From an uncultured Bacteroidales bacterium (GTDB lineage: Bacteria > Bacteroidota > Bacteroidia > Bacteroidales > UBA932): a stretch of DNA of 64,000 nt. Under the pieces are notes generated by a model. That model was not told the DNA's origin. It was given only the letters and a program-made list of their open reading frames with translations, and did no database searches. How positions within the stretch are numbered: position 1 is the first letter of the stretch; each line of letters opens with the position of its first letter. Below are positions 35,013 to 45,106 of the stretch, piece by piece. A program made the translations under genes and the position numbers. The stretch lies in NCBI GenBank assembly GCA_947588835.1, contig CANPZS010000005.1:6741-70740 (forward strand), given 5' to 3'.

Positions 35013-36224
35013 TCATTCTCCGGCCCCATCCGCAGGAGCCGCTTCCTTCTCAAGAATCTCCCCGCAGAGCCGGGAAGCCTCGATCATCATTCTCGGTATG
35101 TGGAACGGGCCCTTGAAGATGTTCCCCTTCGCTGGCTGCGCCACCGTACCGTCCCTGTGCAGATAGCCGTACCATTCCCCGTACTCCTTGTCCGGCAGAT
35201 GCGAATACGCCCACTCGTGCGCCTTGCGGTGCATTTCGAGGTAGCGTCCGTCGCCCGAGGCGAGGTAGGCGTACAGCCCGGCTATGATGGTCTCGCATTG
35301 CGGCCACCAGAACTTCATGTCCTGCGAATAATCCTGGGAGGGGAAATTGCGGCAGTCCTTGAAATTGATCAGTCCGCCGAACTCCTCGTCCCAGCCCCAG
35401 TTCCAGGCCCAGTCTATGATGGTGAGGCCCATTTCCACAAGGCTCCGATCCCAGCCGCGCGAGCGGGCGAGATCGAGCAGGAACCACCCCGTCTCCATGC
35501 AATGTCCAGGATTGACGGTGCGGCCGGCGATGGTGTCGATGAATTCACCCTCGGGGCCCACAGTCTCCAGGACGGTGCCGAACTCCGGATGCATGAAGCA
35601 GCGGCGCAACAAGTCCACCGACTCGTCAATCCGGGCGTCCAGCGCCGGATCGTCCGCCACCTGCTTTATGGTCTTGGCCACGTTGATCAATATCATGGTG
35701 ATGGAATGCCCGATCGAAGGCACCGAGGTCTTGGGCGGCAGGAATCCCGGCGTGGACAGCATCCTCAATATATTGCGGAACTCCCCGGCGGCCTTTTCCG
35801 CATAGGAGCCGTCACCGCAGGCGGCCGCATATTCGGCCATCGCCACGGCCGCGAAACATTCGGAGAAGACATAGCGCCTCTTCTGCACGGGCTCTCCCGT
35901 CTCCGTGACCGTAAAGAACATGTGTCCGTCCGTGTCGCGGCAATGCGCATCTATGAAATCCAATGCGCTTTTCGACGCCTCAAGCCATTGCGGCTCCTTT
36001 TTTATGTTTTTGTAAGCCGAAGCGCAGACATAGGCGAAACGCCCTTGGAACCAAACGGACTTCGTCCTGTCCATAAGGGTGCCGTCCCTGTCGAGGCAGG
36101 TATAGACGCCTCCGTTCACGCGATCCAGTCCGTGTCCGAGCCAAAACGGCATTATGTCGCCGGTCAGATCCTCGATGTAGGTCTTCCGGCAGGCTTCGAG
36201 AAACTTTCGTTGTTCTTCATTCAT
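35013..36224 (-). CDS. nanE: N-acylglucosamine 2-epimerase (AGE family)
   Basis: KSVWFQGR, NPGHCME, KFWWPQCE, KGPFHIPR. Confidence 0.92.
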   Translation of the reverse strand: MNEEQRKFLEACRKTYIEDLTGDIMPFWLGHGLDRVNGGVYTCLDRDGTLMDRTKSVWFQGRFAYVCASAYKNIKKEPQWLEASKSALDFIDAHCRDTDGHMFFTVTETGEPVQKRRYVFSECFAAVAMAEYAAACGDGSYAEKAAGEFRNILRMLSTPGFLPPKTSVPSIGHSITMILINVAKTIKQVADDPALDARIDESVDLLRRCFMHPEFGTVLETVGPEGEFIDTIAGRTVNPGHCMETGWFLLDLARSRGWDRSLVEMGLTIIDWAWNWGWDEEFGGLINFKDCRNFPSQDYSQDMKFWWPQCETIIAGLYAYLASGDGRYLEMHRKAHEWAYSHLPDKEYGEWYGYLHRDGTVAQPAKGNIFKGPFHIPRMMIEASRLCGEILEKEAAPADGAGE

Positions 36225-36239
36225 GACTACGACCGGTTA

Positions 36240-37154
36240 TCAGAAGATATTGCAGCGGCCGAAGAATCCGATGGCCTCGAGTTCGGCCTTCATGGACTTC
36301 TCCTCCTCGTCGGTCATGTTGCGGAAAGGCACCCGGTTCGGACCGAGATCGAGCCCTATGAGCTTCATTATGCGCTTGCCTCCCACGATGTTGCCGCGGT
36401 AGTTGCAGATGACGTTGATGACGGCCTGGGAGAAATTCTGCTTTTCCCTTGCCGTTTCGATGTCTCCGCGCTCCCATGCTTCGATGATGCCGGTAAGTTC
36501 GCGGCCATTGTAATTGGTGGTGCCGCCTATTCCCCCTTGCGCGCCGCCCTGGGCGAGGCTCGCAAGAATAGTTTCATCCTGTCCGTGCAGCATGTCGAAC
36601 TTGCCGTCTCCGTACAGCCTGCACTGATTGTATTCATACAGGCTCTCGAAGGTGTATTTGATGCCCGCGAAGTTGGGGATGCGTCCGTCCACGCGCTTCA
36701 GAAGATCTATCATCGGAAGATAGGCTCCGTTGAACGCAGGGATGTGGTAGAAATAGAACGGAAGCGACGGCGCGGCGACGGCAATGGCTTCGCAATACAG
36801 GGCCAGCTCCTCGACACGGCCGATCTTGGGGAAAGGAGGTGCCATGGCGCCTATGCCCCATGCGCCTATTTCCGCGGCATGTGCGGCGAGCCTGACGCTT
36901 TCGCGCAGGCAGCAACTTCCCACATGTACGATTACCTTGAATCCTGCCGGAGCGGCCGATATCCATTTCTCGGCAAGCAGCATTCGTTCATCGGGGGTGA
37001 GCATATATCCCTCGCCCGAGGATCCGTTGATGAATACGCCCTTGAGCCCGTTCTTGGCCAGCATGGCCGCATATGCGGGAATGGGTTCGGGATTGACGTC
37101 TCCGTTGGCCAGCATGGGCGTGAAGGGAGCGTCGATAAGACCTTTGATTTCCAT
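36240..37154 (-). CDS. nanL: N-acetylneuraminate lyase
   Basis: FINGSSGEG, YFYHIP, GIKYT (Schiff-base Lys). Start moved to ATG 37154. Confidence 0.92.
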   Translation of the reverse strand: MEIKGLIDAPFTPMLANGDVNPEPIPAYAAMLAKNGLKGVFINGSSGEGYMLTPDERMLLAEKWISAAPAGFKVIVHVGSCCLRESVRLAAHAAEIGAWGIGAMAPPFPKIGRVEELALYCEAIAVAAPSLPFYFYHIPAFNGAYLPMIDLLKRVDGRIPNFAGIKYTFESLYEYNQCRLYGDGKFDMLHGQDETILASLAQGGAQGGIGGTTNYNGRELTGIIEAWERGDIETAREKQNFSQAVINVICNYRGNIVGGKRIMKLIGLDLGPNRVPFRNMTDEEEKSMKAELEAIGFFGRCNIF

Positions 37155-37178
37155 AATCCGGATATTGCAGTTTTGTTT

Positions 37179-37210
37179 CAAATTTAAGTTTTTCCGCGGA
37201 AAAAATCAAA
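37179..37210 (-). promoter_or_regulatory. nan operon promoter with a 16-bp palindrome in its spacer
   Basis: Minus strand TTTG (37210-37207), N20, TAAATTTG (37186-37179); TTTTTCCGCGGAAAAA at 37189-37204. Confidence 0.65.
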
Positions 37211-37215
37211 AATTT

Positions 37216-37680
37216 TCAATCCTGCCGCCCTTCGAGAATCTGCGCGGCGGCGTTTTTGACGTCCACCTTTTCTATGACGCGCTCGAGTATGCCGTCTTCG
37301 CTGAAAACGAACGTGCGGCGAAGCGTGCCCATGACAGTCTTGCCGTACATCTTCTTTTCGCCCCACACTCCAAAATCCTGAAGCATTTTCGCGGACGGAT
37401 CGGAAAGCAGCGTGAAAGGAAGGCCGTGTCTGGAACGGAATCCGGAATGCGACTTCGCGCCGTCCTTGCTCACTCCGACGACATTGTAGCCCGCTTCCGT
37501 CAGATCGTCATAACCGTCCCGTATCGAACAGGCCTCCGCGGTGCAGCCCGGCGTATTGTCCTTCGGGTAGAAATAAATCACCGTCTTCCGGCCCTTCCCG
37601 ATGAAATCCTCCGACTTCACCGTATTGCCTTCATGATCCGACACTTCGAACGAAGGCATCCTGTCTCCTGGTTTAAGCAT
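37216..37680 (-). CDS. bcp: Peroxiredoxin BCP
   Basis: YFYPKDNTPGCTAEAC; start moved to ATG 37680. Confidence 0.92.
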   Translation of the reverse strand: MLKPGDRMPSFEVSDHEGNTVKSEDFIGKGRKTVIYFYPKDNTPGCTAEACSIRDGYDDLTEAGYNVVGVSKDGAKSHSGFRSRHGLPFTLLSDPSAKMLQDFGVWGEKKMYGKTVMGTLRRTFVFSEDGILERVIEKVDVKNAAAQILEGRQD

Positions 37681-37690
37681 ATAAAAACTG

Positions 37691-37966
37691 TTATTTGAAC
37701 AAATCAGAATGAATGCCTGTGTAAAGAAACAGAAGCCGAAGTTCCATATCATTCTGTTCCCAGACAAGCAGCCAGTCAGGCTTAATATGACATTCCCACT
37801 GACCAATGCGGTCACCGCCAAGTTTATGCGGCCTATAGGAGGCAGGGAGCCTGCCGTTTTGCTGAAGAAGGACAATGGCCTCACGAACGAGATTTATATC
37901 CAAGCCCCGTTTTTGACATCGCTGCAAATCATTCTTAAAGCGATTAGTATAGTCAATGGAATACAT
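37691..37966 (-). CDS. yafQ: YafQ-family mRNA interferase toxin
   Basis: YRPHKL, ECHIKPDWLL, GIHSDLF; the catalytic His/Asp/Trp positions are present. Confidence 0.88.
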   Translation of the reverse strand: MYSIDYTNRFKNDLQRCQKRGLDINLVREAIVLLQQNGRLPASYRPHKLGGDRIGQWECHIKPDWLLVWEQNDMELRLLFLYTGIHSDLFK

Positions 37967-38175
37967 CAGCCGAGAATTTGGGTGAACATATCCTCAACAC
38001 TTTCGGCATGGTAAACGCGACCGGCTTCAACATCTTCCATCGCTTCACGATAGGCATCGCAATCAGTTGCATCAAAAGTATTGTCGGAATACACCCATCC
38101 CATTTTCCGCGACAGCTTCCGAAAGAAAGGCATATCACTCTTGGGAATGCGGACATTAATGCTGTTCATAGTCAT
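37966..38175 (-). CDS. Cognate antitoxin (69 aa; RelB/DinJ-like acidic C-terminus)
   Basis: MTMNSINVRIPKSDMPFFRKLSRKMGW...YREAMEDVEAGRVYHAESVEDMF; 1-nt overlap with the toxin start; TATCTTTG promoter box at 38199-38192. Confidence 0.75.
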   Translation of the reverse strand: MTMNSINVRIPKSDMPFFRKLSRKMGWVYSDNTFDATDCDAYREAMEDVEAGRVYHAESVEDMFTQILG

Positions 38176-38249
38176 AAGACCCCTGTTTTTGCAAAGATAG
38201 CGAAAGTTTTGCATCTGAGCTCTGTTTGTCAAAAAGAAGCTGCGTTTTA

Positions 38250-38283
38250 AAATCAAAGCGCCCCGCAACATTGCAGGGCGTTT
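38250..38283 (-). terminator. Terminator downstream of tRNA-Gly
   Basis: Stem AAAGCGCCCCGCA/TGCAGGGCGTTT with one mismatch; TTTGATTTT follows on the minus strand. Confidence 0.55.
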
Positions 38284-38295
38284 CGATTGATGTTT

Positions 38296-38371
<76 letters not shown>

Positions 38372-38380
38372 ATGGGACTA

Positions 38381-38411
38381 CAAAGTTACGAATAAAATCC
38401 GTGTTTGCAAA
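38381..38411 (-). promoter_or_regulatory. tRNA-Gly promoter
   Basis: Minus strand TTTG, N19, TAACTTTG. Confidence 0.7.
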
Positions 38412-38451
38412 TTTTTTGAGTTTTTTTCTGCTTTTTTCGCACGAAAATACG

Positions 38452-39486
38452 TCAAACTTCGACGGCGGTGCTGAATTCGTGCAGAAAACGCATGTCGTTC
38501 TCGAAGTAATGGCGCAGGTCGTTCACCTGCCATTTGAGCATGGCTATGCGCTCAACTCCCATTCCGAAAGCGAATCCGCTATATTCCCGGCTGTCTATGC
38601 CGCTGGCTTCAAGCACGTTGGGGTCGACCATGCCGCATCCTAAGATTTCCAACCAGCCCGTGCCCTTGCAGACGTTGCAGCCTTTGCCCTTGCAAATGTT
38701 GCAGCTGACGTCCACTTCGGAAGATGGTTCGGTAAAAGGAAAATAAGACGGCCTCATGCGTATCCTCGTATCGGGGCCGAACATTTCCCTGGCAAACAGG
38801 AGGATGGCCTGCTTCAGATCGGCAAAGGTGACGTTCCTGTCTATATAAAGGCCTTCCACCTGATGGAAAATGCAGTGCGCCCGCGCCGAAACGGCTTCGT
38901 TCCTGAACACCCGGCCGGGGCATACGACCCTGATCGGAGGGCGGGCATTCTCCATAGTGCGCACCTGTACCGATGACGTGTGAGTGCGGAGCAAGAGGGG
39001 ATTCGGATGGCCGACGGACACGAAGAACGTATCCTGCATGTCCCTCGCAGGATGGTCGGGAGGGAAGTTGAGCGCCTCGAACACATGACGGTCATCCTCT
39101 ATTTCCGGACCTTCCGCCACGTCATAGCCGAATTTGCGGAAGATGTCCACTATTTCCTGGCGGACTATCGACACCGGATGCCTCGAGCCCAATTCGAAAG
39201 CGTCGCCCGGCATGGTCATGTCGCGCTTCGGCGCGGCCGTGTCCTCCTGCACGGAAACCGTCTCCCTCAGTTCGTCTATCTTGGCGGCGGCCAGCTGCTT
39301 CAGCTCATTCAATTTCCGGCCGAACTCCTTTTTCATTTCGGGAGCGACGGTGCGGAACTCGTCGAAAAGCTTGGTTATTTCTCCCTTCTTGCCGAGATAA
39401 TGCACGCGCATGTCCTCGACTTCCCTGAGAGTCTTGCACCTTACGCCCTCCAGTTCGGAGAGCAGCCGTTCTATGGTTTCTTTCAT
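38452..39486 (-). CDS. pheS: Phenylalanyl-tRNA synthetase alpha subunit
   Basis: HPARDMQDTF, LRTHTSSVQ, FHQVEGL, YFPFTEPS, GFAFGMGVER. Confidence 0.97.
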   Translation of the reverse strand: MKETIERLLSELEGVRCKTLREVEDMRVHYLGKKGEITKLFDEFRTVAPEMKKEFGRKLNELKQLAAAKIDELRETVSVQEDTAAPKRDMTMPGDAFELGSRHPVSIVRQEIVDIFRKFGYDVAEGPEIEDDRHVFEALNFPPDHPARDMQDTFFVSVGHPNPLLLRTHTSSVQVRTMENARPPIRVVCPGRVFRNEAVSARAHCIFHQVEGLYIDRNVTFADLKQAILLFAREMFGPDTRIRMRPSYFPFTEPSSEVDVSCNICKGKGCNVCKGTGWLEILGCGMVDPNVLEASGIDSREYSGFAFGMGVERIAMLKWQVNDLRHYFENDMRFLHEFSTAVEV

Positions 39487-39515
39487 ATTCAATTCAAAAT
39501 AACGGACAAATATAA

Positions 39516-39947
39516 CTAATTTCCCGTACTTTCCCGCTTGGCCCGCCTCTTGTCACGGTTTTTCTTTTCGCGCGCGGCGCCGGATTTCAGATACCGGCTC
39601 CACTGGTCTTCGTTGAAAATGCCCTGATAGGAAAGGTATATCTTTTCAAACCATTTGTCGTAGACATCCTGGAATATGTCCGTATTGGACACCTTGGAGT
39701 CCACGAGAGGCTTTATTTCATCCTGAAGCGCACGCAGGTCGTGATTGAGAGTCGAATCCACATAGAATTCCTGCCAATATTCAAGATCCAGGAGCGCCGA
39801 CAGACGGGCGACTTCCTTGTCTATGCTTTCAAGAAATTCCTGCTCCGCCTTTTCCGGATCCTTTGTTTCCTGACGGTCCTGCGCCGAAAGGGCGAAAGAA
39901 GACAACATCGTCACTACGGACAATGAAAAGATGCCCAATTGTTTCAT
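39516..39947 (-). CDS. Hypothetical secreted protein
   Basis: Signal peptide (MKQLGIF...ALSAQ); helical, charged; own TAATTTTG box at 39992-39985. Confidence 0.7.
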   Translation of the reverse strand: MKQLGIFSLSVVTMLSSFALSAQDRQETKDPEKAEQEFLESIDKEVARLSALLDLEYWQEFYVDSTLNHDLRALQDEIKPLVDSKVSNTDIFQDVYDKWFEKIYLSYQGIFNEDQWSRYLKSGAAREKKNRDKRRAKRESTGN

Positions 39948-40006
39948 GCGACAAAAAAAATTCATAGCTTTGCATTCCTTACGGCAAAATTAAGCAATTA
40001 ATCATA

Positions 40007-41821
40007 ATGTGCAAAATGAGGCGAACATCAATATTTTCCGGCATTGCCGCCTGCATCGCGGCGCTGTCGTTTCCTGACGGCGGCAAGGCCTGTACGAACA
40101 TAATCGTCACCAAGGGCGCAAGCACGGACGGTTCCAACATGGTATCCTACGCCGCCGATTCCCACCAGCTGTACGGCGAACTCTATTTCAGGCCGGCCGC
40201 ATACTGGCAGCCCGGCAGCATGATGAAGATATACGAATGGGACACGGGGCGGTTCCTCGGCGAAATTCCTCAGGCCGCACATACCTACAAGACCGTGGGC
40301 AACATGAACGAAAAACAGGTGATCATAGCCGAAACCACCTGGGGCGGACGCTACGAACTCGCCGACGTCAAAGGAAAGCTGGACTACGGCTCCCTGATAT
40401 ACATAGCCCTGCAGAGGGCGGCCACGGCGCGCGAAGCCATCGACGTGATAGTGGATCTGGCCGGCACCTACGGATACTGCTCCGAAGGGGAGACATTCTC
40501 CATTGCGGACAAGGACGAAGTCTGGATAATGGACCTCATAGGCAAAGGCACCAACCTGAAGAACGGGAAGAACATCGACAGAGGCATCGTATGGGTGGCC
40601 CGCAGGGTGCCTGACGGATACATCTGCGCCCATGCCAACCAGGCCCGCATAGGGAAGTTCCCGCTCGACGATCCCGACAATTGCCTGTATGCCCCCGACG
40701 TGATATCATTCGCCAAGGAAAAAGGCTATTTCGAAGGCGAGGACGAAGACTTCAGCTTCAAGGACGCCTACTGCCCCGCCGACTTCGGCACCGTGAGGGG
40801 CTGCGACGCGAGGGTGTGGAGCGCATTCAACATCCTGTGCAACGGATGGTTCACCTTCAGGGACGAGAACGGGGACCTCATCACCAAGGACGCCTATTCA
40901 TATATAGACTATGCCATGGGATACGACCTCGGCAACCCGCTTCCGCTCTTCGTGAAGCCGGTGCGCAAGATAAGCGTAAAAGACGTAGCCGACGTGATGC
41001 GCGACCATTTCGAAGGCACGCCCATGGACATGACGCAGGACATCGGTGCCGGCGGCAACGGCCTGCCCTACAGGTGGAGGCCGCTCACCTTCGAATACGA
41101 CGACAAGACCTATGTCAATGAAAGGGCCATAGCCACGCAGCAGACCGGATTCTGGTTCGTGGGACAGGCGAGGCCCTATCTGCCCGACGTCATAGGCGGA
41201 CTGCTGTGGTTCGGCACCGACGATGCCGCGACTTCTTATCTCACCCCCATCTACACCAACGTGAACAAGGTTCCCGAGTGCTTCCGCGAAGGCAACGGGG
41301 ATATGATCACCTATTCCGGGACATCCTCGTTCTGGATCAACAACCGCGTCGCCAACGCCTGCTACAAGATGTACGACCAGATGGCGCCCACGGTGCGTGA
41401 GAAAATAGACGAGTTCGAGAACGGACAGATGTTCCATGACACGAGAATCGTGGACAGCACGGCCCTCGTAATGTACAATGAAATAGCCGTGGACCTCAAC
41501 AAGAGGGCGGCGAAGAACCCCAACGACAGGAGGCTCCTCGCCAAGCTCGAAGATCCTTTCTCGCAGATACGGCATTATCTTACCAAATATTCCGTCACCA
41601 CGGCCAACAACATTTTCAACGAATGGGTTGCCCTCGAAGAAATGCTGCTCGTCAAATACATTGACGGCAACGTCAAGCTGCAGAACATGGACGGCAGCTT
41701 CAGGCACACGGAACATTCGCTGCGCATCCCCGAACTGATTCAGCCGGGCTATTCGGACAAATGGAAAGAAGCCGTGGCCAAGGACCACGGCGAAACGCTT
41801 CTGATACCGGAAGAAGATTAA
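40007..41821 (+). CDS. Peptidase family C69 dipeptidase (Ntn hydrolase)
   Basis: Signal peptide followed by the N-terminal nucleophile [15 protein letters not shown]; GNMNEKQV; HANQARI. Confidence 0.9.
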   Translation: MCKMRRTSIFSGIAACIAALSFPDGGKACTNIIVTKGASTDGSNMVSYAADSHQLYGELYFRPAAYWQPGSMMKIYEWDTGRFLGEIPQAAHTYKTVGNMNEKQVIIAETTWGGRYELADVKGKLDYGSLIYIALQRAATAREAIDVIVDLAGTYGYCSEGETFSIADKDEVWIMDLIGKGTNLKNGKNIDRGIVWVARRVPDGYICAHANQARIGKFPLDDPDNCLYAPDVISFAKEKGYFEGEDEDFSFKDAYCPADFGTVRGCDARVWSAFNILCNGWFTFRDENGDLITKDAYSYIDYAMGYDLGNPLPLFVKPVRKISVKDVADVMRDHFEGTPMDMTQDIGAGGNGLPYRWRPLTFEYDDKTYVNERAIATQQTGFWFVGQARPYLPDVIGGLLWFGTDDAATSYLTPIYTNVNKVPECFREGNGDMITYSGTSSFWINNRVANACYKMYDQMAPTVREKIDEFENGQMFHDTRIVDSTALVMYNEIAVDLNKRAAKNPNDRRLLAKLEDPFSQIRHYLTKYSVTTANNIFNEWVALEEMLLVKYIDGNVKLQNMDGSFRHTEHSLRIPELIQPGYSDKWKEAVAKDHGETLLIPEED

Positions 41822-43989
41822 CCGTTCCTGAGCACAGTACGCCCTCCTGCGACGTCCACCACGACGGTTCCTTCCTTGCGCACGGTGCCGTCAAGTACGG
41901 CCTTGGCCAGCAGATTGACCAGTTCCCGCTGCAGAAGCCTCTTGACGGGACGCGCCCCGTATGACGGATCGTAGCCGCTTTCCGTGATGAAGTCTTCGAA
42001 TGCTTCCGTGAAAGTGATATTGACGCCGTTCCCGGCCATCCTGTCCTGCAATTCCTTCATGTTTATATGAAAGATTTCGCGGATGTCGGCCTTGGTCAAA
42101 GGATCGAACATTATGATCTCGTCTATCCTGTTGAGGAATTCCGGGCGGACGCTCTGCTTCAGCACTTCCATCACCTGGTCGCGGCACTGCTCCAGCAGGT
42201 TCCGGCGCCCGGCGATGGCACGCATCTGGGCGGACGGATCGTCCTTCCCGTCCGTTTCGGGCAGCCGTTCCATATAGGAGCCGATTATGTCCGAGCCGGC
42301 GTTCGAGGTCATTATCAATATAGTATTCTTGAAATCCACCGTCCTGCCTTTGTTGTCGGTAAGGCGGCCGTCGTCAAGCACCTGCAGAAGCACGTTGAAC
42401 ACGTCCGGGTGAGCCTTTTCTATCTCGTCGAGAAGGACCACCGAATAAGGTTTGCGGCGCACCGCCTCGGTAAGCTGTCCGCCTTCGTCGTATCCTACGT
42501 ATCCCGGAGGCGCCCCGACAAGACGGGAAACCGTATGCCGCTCCTGATATTCGCTCATGTCGATGCGGGTCATCATATTCTCGTCGTTGAACAGGAATTC
42601 CGCCAGGGCCTTGGCGAGCTCCGTCTTGCCCACGCCGGTGGTGCCCATGAACAGGAACGACCCTATCGGCCGCTTTTCGTTGGACAGTCCTGCGCGGTTG
42701 CGGCGCACGGCGTCCGACACGGCCTTTATGGCCGCGTCCTGGCCGACTACCCGCCTGTGCAGTTCCTCTTCCATGCGAAGCAGTTTTTCCTTTTCGCTTT
42801 CAAGCATTTTCTTGACGGGGATGCCGGTCCATTTGGCCACTATTTCAGCGATATCCTCCGGAGTGACGGCCTCCGTGATGATGGGGCTTTCGATGGCCGC
42901 TTCCTTGGCGGTCAGCTCGTCTATGGTCTTCTGCAGCTGTGTCATCCTGCCGTAACGGATTTCGGCCACGCGGCCGTAGTCCCCGGCCCTTTCGGCGGAC
43001 TGCGCCTCTATCCGGCAGTCTTCCATCTGCTGACGGGCCGTCTGCAGGGACGTCAATATCCCTTTTTCCTCGTTCCAGCGCTTCATAAGGGCGTCCCTTT
43101 CCGTCCCGAGCTCCGATAGTTCCGCATCTATCTTTTCCATCTTCAGGGACACGCCCTCCCGCTTGATGGCCTCCTTCTCTATCTCCAGCTGGCGGATGCG
43201 GCTGTTCAGGTTGTCTATGGGCTCAGGCACCGAATTCATTTCAAGGCGCAGGCGTGAAGCCGCCTCGTCGACCAGATCGATGGCCTTGTCGGGCAGGAAC
43301 CTGTTCGTTATATATCTGTGCGAAAGATTGACGGCCGCTATGAGCGCATCGTCCTCTATGCGCACCTTGTGATGGTTCTCATATTTTTCCTTGAGTCCGC
43401 GAAGAATGGATATGGATTCGGCGGGCGAAGGCTCGTCGACCGTCACCATCTGGAAACGGCGCTCGAGCGCCTTGTCGGTCTCGAAATATTTCTGATACTC
43501 ATCGAGAGTGGTGGAGCCAATGGTCCTGAGCTCGCCCCTGGCGAGGGCCGGCTTCAGTATGTTCGATGCGTCCATGGCCCCCGATGTGCGGCCCGCGCCC
43601 ACGAGAGTGTGGATCTCGTCTATGAACAATATTATCTCGCCGTCGCTGTCCACGACCTCCTTAACTACGCCCTTGAGGCGCTCTTCGAATTCGCCCTGAT
43701 ATTTGGCGCCCGCTATGAGGGCACCCATGTCGAGCGAATATACGGTTTTGCTCTTAAGGTTCTCCGGCACGTTGCCGTCAACTATCTTCTGGGCTATTCC
43801 CTCGGATATGGCCGTCTTTCCGACGCCCGGCTCTCCGACAAGAATAGGATTGTTCTTGGTACGACGGCTCAGTATCTGCAGCACCCTGCGGATTTCCTCG
43901 TCCCTGCCTATCACGGGGTCGAGCTTTCCTTTTGCCGCCAAATCATTGAGATTCAGCGAAAATCTGTTTAAAAAAGTGTTTTCTGCCAT
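41818..43989 (-). CDS. clpB: ClpB disaggregase lacking the N-terminal Clp repeat domain
   Basis: [21 protein letters not shown], coiled-coil M-domain, [15 protein letters not shown]; 723 aa. Confidence 0.92.
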   Translation of the reverse strand: MAENTFLNRFSLNLNDLAAKGKLDPVIGRDEEIRRVLQILSRRTKNNPILVGEPGVGKTAISEGIAQKIVDGNVPENLKSKTVYSLDMGALIAGAKYQGEFEERLKGVVKEVVDSDGEIILFIDEIHTLVGAGRTSGAMDASNILKPALARGELRTIGSTTLDEYQKYFETDKALERRFQMVTVDEPSPAESISILRGLKEKYENHHKVRIEDDALIAAVNLSHRYITNRFLPDKAIDLVDEAASRLRLEMNSVPEPIDNLNSRIRQLEIEKEAIKREGVSLKMEKIDAELSELGTERDALMKRWNEEKGILTSLQTARQQMEDCRIEAQSAERAGDYGRVAEIRYGRMTQLQKTIDELTAKEAAIESPIITEAVTPEDIAEIVAKWTGIPVKKMLESEKEKLLRMEEELHRRVVGQDAAIKAVSDAVRRNRAGLSNEKRPIGSFLFMGTTGVGKTELAKALAEFLFNDENMMTRIDMSEYQERHTVSRLVGAPPGYVGYDEGGQLTEAVRRKPYSVVLLDEIEKAHPDVFNVLLQVLDDGRLTDNKGRTVDFKNTILIMTSNAGSDIIGSYMERLPETDGKDDPSAQMRAIAGRRNLLEQCRDQVMEVLKQSVRPEFLNRIDEIIMFDPLTKADIREIFHINMKELQDRMAGNGVNITFTEAFEDFITESGYDPSYGARPVKRLLQRELVNLLAKAVLDGTVRKEGTVVVDVAGGRTVLRNG

Positions 43990-44091
43990 AATTTTCTTTT
44001 CCTTTCGCGTCTTCCGGCGGCCATACGGCGAAACAGCCGTCCGTCCCGAAAGACAAACGGCTGTCCGTCAAATTATATTCCGAAAGGCTGT

Positions 44092-44110
44092 TTCTGACAA
44101 ATTGTCAGAA
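44092..44110. promoter_or_regulatory. Perfect 19-bp inverted repeat upstream of clpB, candidate operator
   Basis: TTCTGACAA-A-TTGTCAGAA. Confidence 0.5.
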
Positions 44111-44117
44111 CGGCGGA

Positions 44118-44483
44118 TTATTCCCCTGCGGTATCGGCTTCCTGCGAAGGATTCTCCTGCGGCACGGCGGCCGGGAAAGCGGGGGCTTCCCCCTCGGTGC
44201 CCTGGTTGAGTATCTCTTCGGTGAGAGTGTCGGCCGTACCGCCCTCGGAATTGCTCTTCAGGCTAAAGCTCGTAACGATGGAAAATACGAGGATGAACGT
44301 CACAAGCCCCCAGGTCACTTTTTCGAGGATGTTGGCGGTCTGCCTTACGCCGAGCGCCTGGTTTCCTGCCGCAAAGTTCGTGGCGAGTCCGTCTCCCTTG
44401 CCGTTCTGCAGCAAAACGACTATCGTTAGCAGAATGCTGGCTATGACGATCAATACTGTCAGAATCGTAAAAAATGCGTTCAT
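44118..44483 (-). CDS. secG: Preprotein translocase subunit SecG
   Basis: LTIVVLLQNGKGDGL...LEKVTW. Confidence 0.9.
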   Translation of the reverse strand: MNAFFTILTVLIVIASILLTIVVLLQNGKGDGLATNFAAGNQALGVRQTANILEKVTWGLVTFILVFSIVTSFSLKSNSEGGTADTLTEEILNQGTEGEAPAFPAAVPQENPSQEADTAGE

Positions 44484-44508
44484 ATGTTTTTTCTTTTAAT
44501 ATTCTATA

Positions 44509-45102
44509 TCAATGGCTTGTCGCCTGGTCCAATTTTTCGATAAGTTCTGCAAAGTAAGCACTTTTTTCCGGATATGCCAAAATTAGTTTGGAATAAATGC
44601 GCTTGGCGTCCTCAAAATATCCTTGTTCAACGTATATCTGAGCCATTGTCTCTGTGCAGAACCAGTCTTCCCCGATCTTTTCCGGCGGCCTCGACGACGT
44701 CACCGACGAGCCCGAACGCGCGGCGAACGATGCGAATACGTCTTCCCCGCCGCGGCGCACGCTGTCGTATTCGGCCTGGGTGAAATAGTCGCCCCCGACT
44801 ACCCTGACGACGGGAGCCGGAGCGGCGTTCTCCTCCCCGGCGGGCTCAAGGCAGGCTTTCAGCAGCTTTTCCGCATCCTTGTCCGAATAATCCGCATCCT
44901 TTTTCCGGAGCAGGTCGGCGATCATGCGCCTGTCGCCCACGTACAACGCGGCCTCGGCCGCCCTCTCCACGTCCCCTGACATTCCCGACAGCCTGCGGCA
45001 CAGCTCCTTGCGCGCCGAGCCGAACCACGGATAAAGCGCTATGACTCCGGTCAGCGCGTCCAGGGAAAGTTTTTTCAAATCTATGTTTTCTCCTTCACCC
45101 AT
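44509..45102 (-). CDS. Conserved hypothetical protein with C-terminal TPR-like motif
   Basis: TETMAQIYVEQGYFEDAKRIYSKLILAYPEKSAYF; lptE-hyp-secG synteny. Confidence 0.75.
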   Translation of the reverse strand: MGEGENIDLKKLSLDALTGVIALYPWFGSARKELCRRLSGMSGDVERAAEAALYVGDRRMIADLLRKKDADYSDKDAEKLLKACLEPAGEENAAPAPVVRVVGGDYFTQAEYDSVRRGGEDVFASFAARSGSSVTSSRPPEKIGEDWFCTETMAQIYVEQGYFEDAKRIYSKLILAYPEKSAYFAELIEKLDQATSH

Positions 45103-45106
45103 ATAT

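Noticed and set aside
35100-37187. 695-aa + strand ORF spanning nanE and nanL
   Set aside because: Both genes are in the same frame, so their shared antisense frame stays open given GC-rich codon bias; no recognisable domain.
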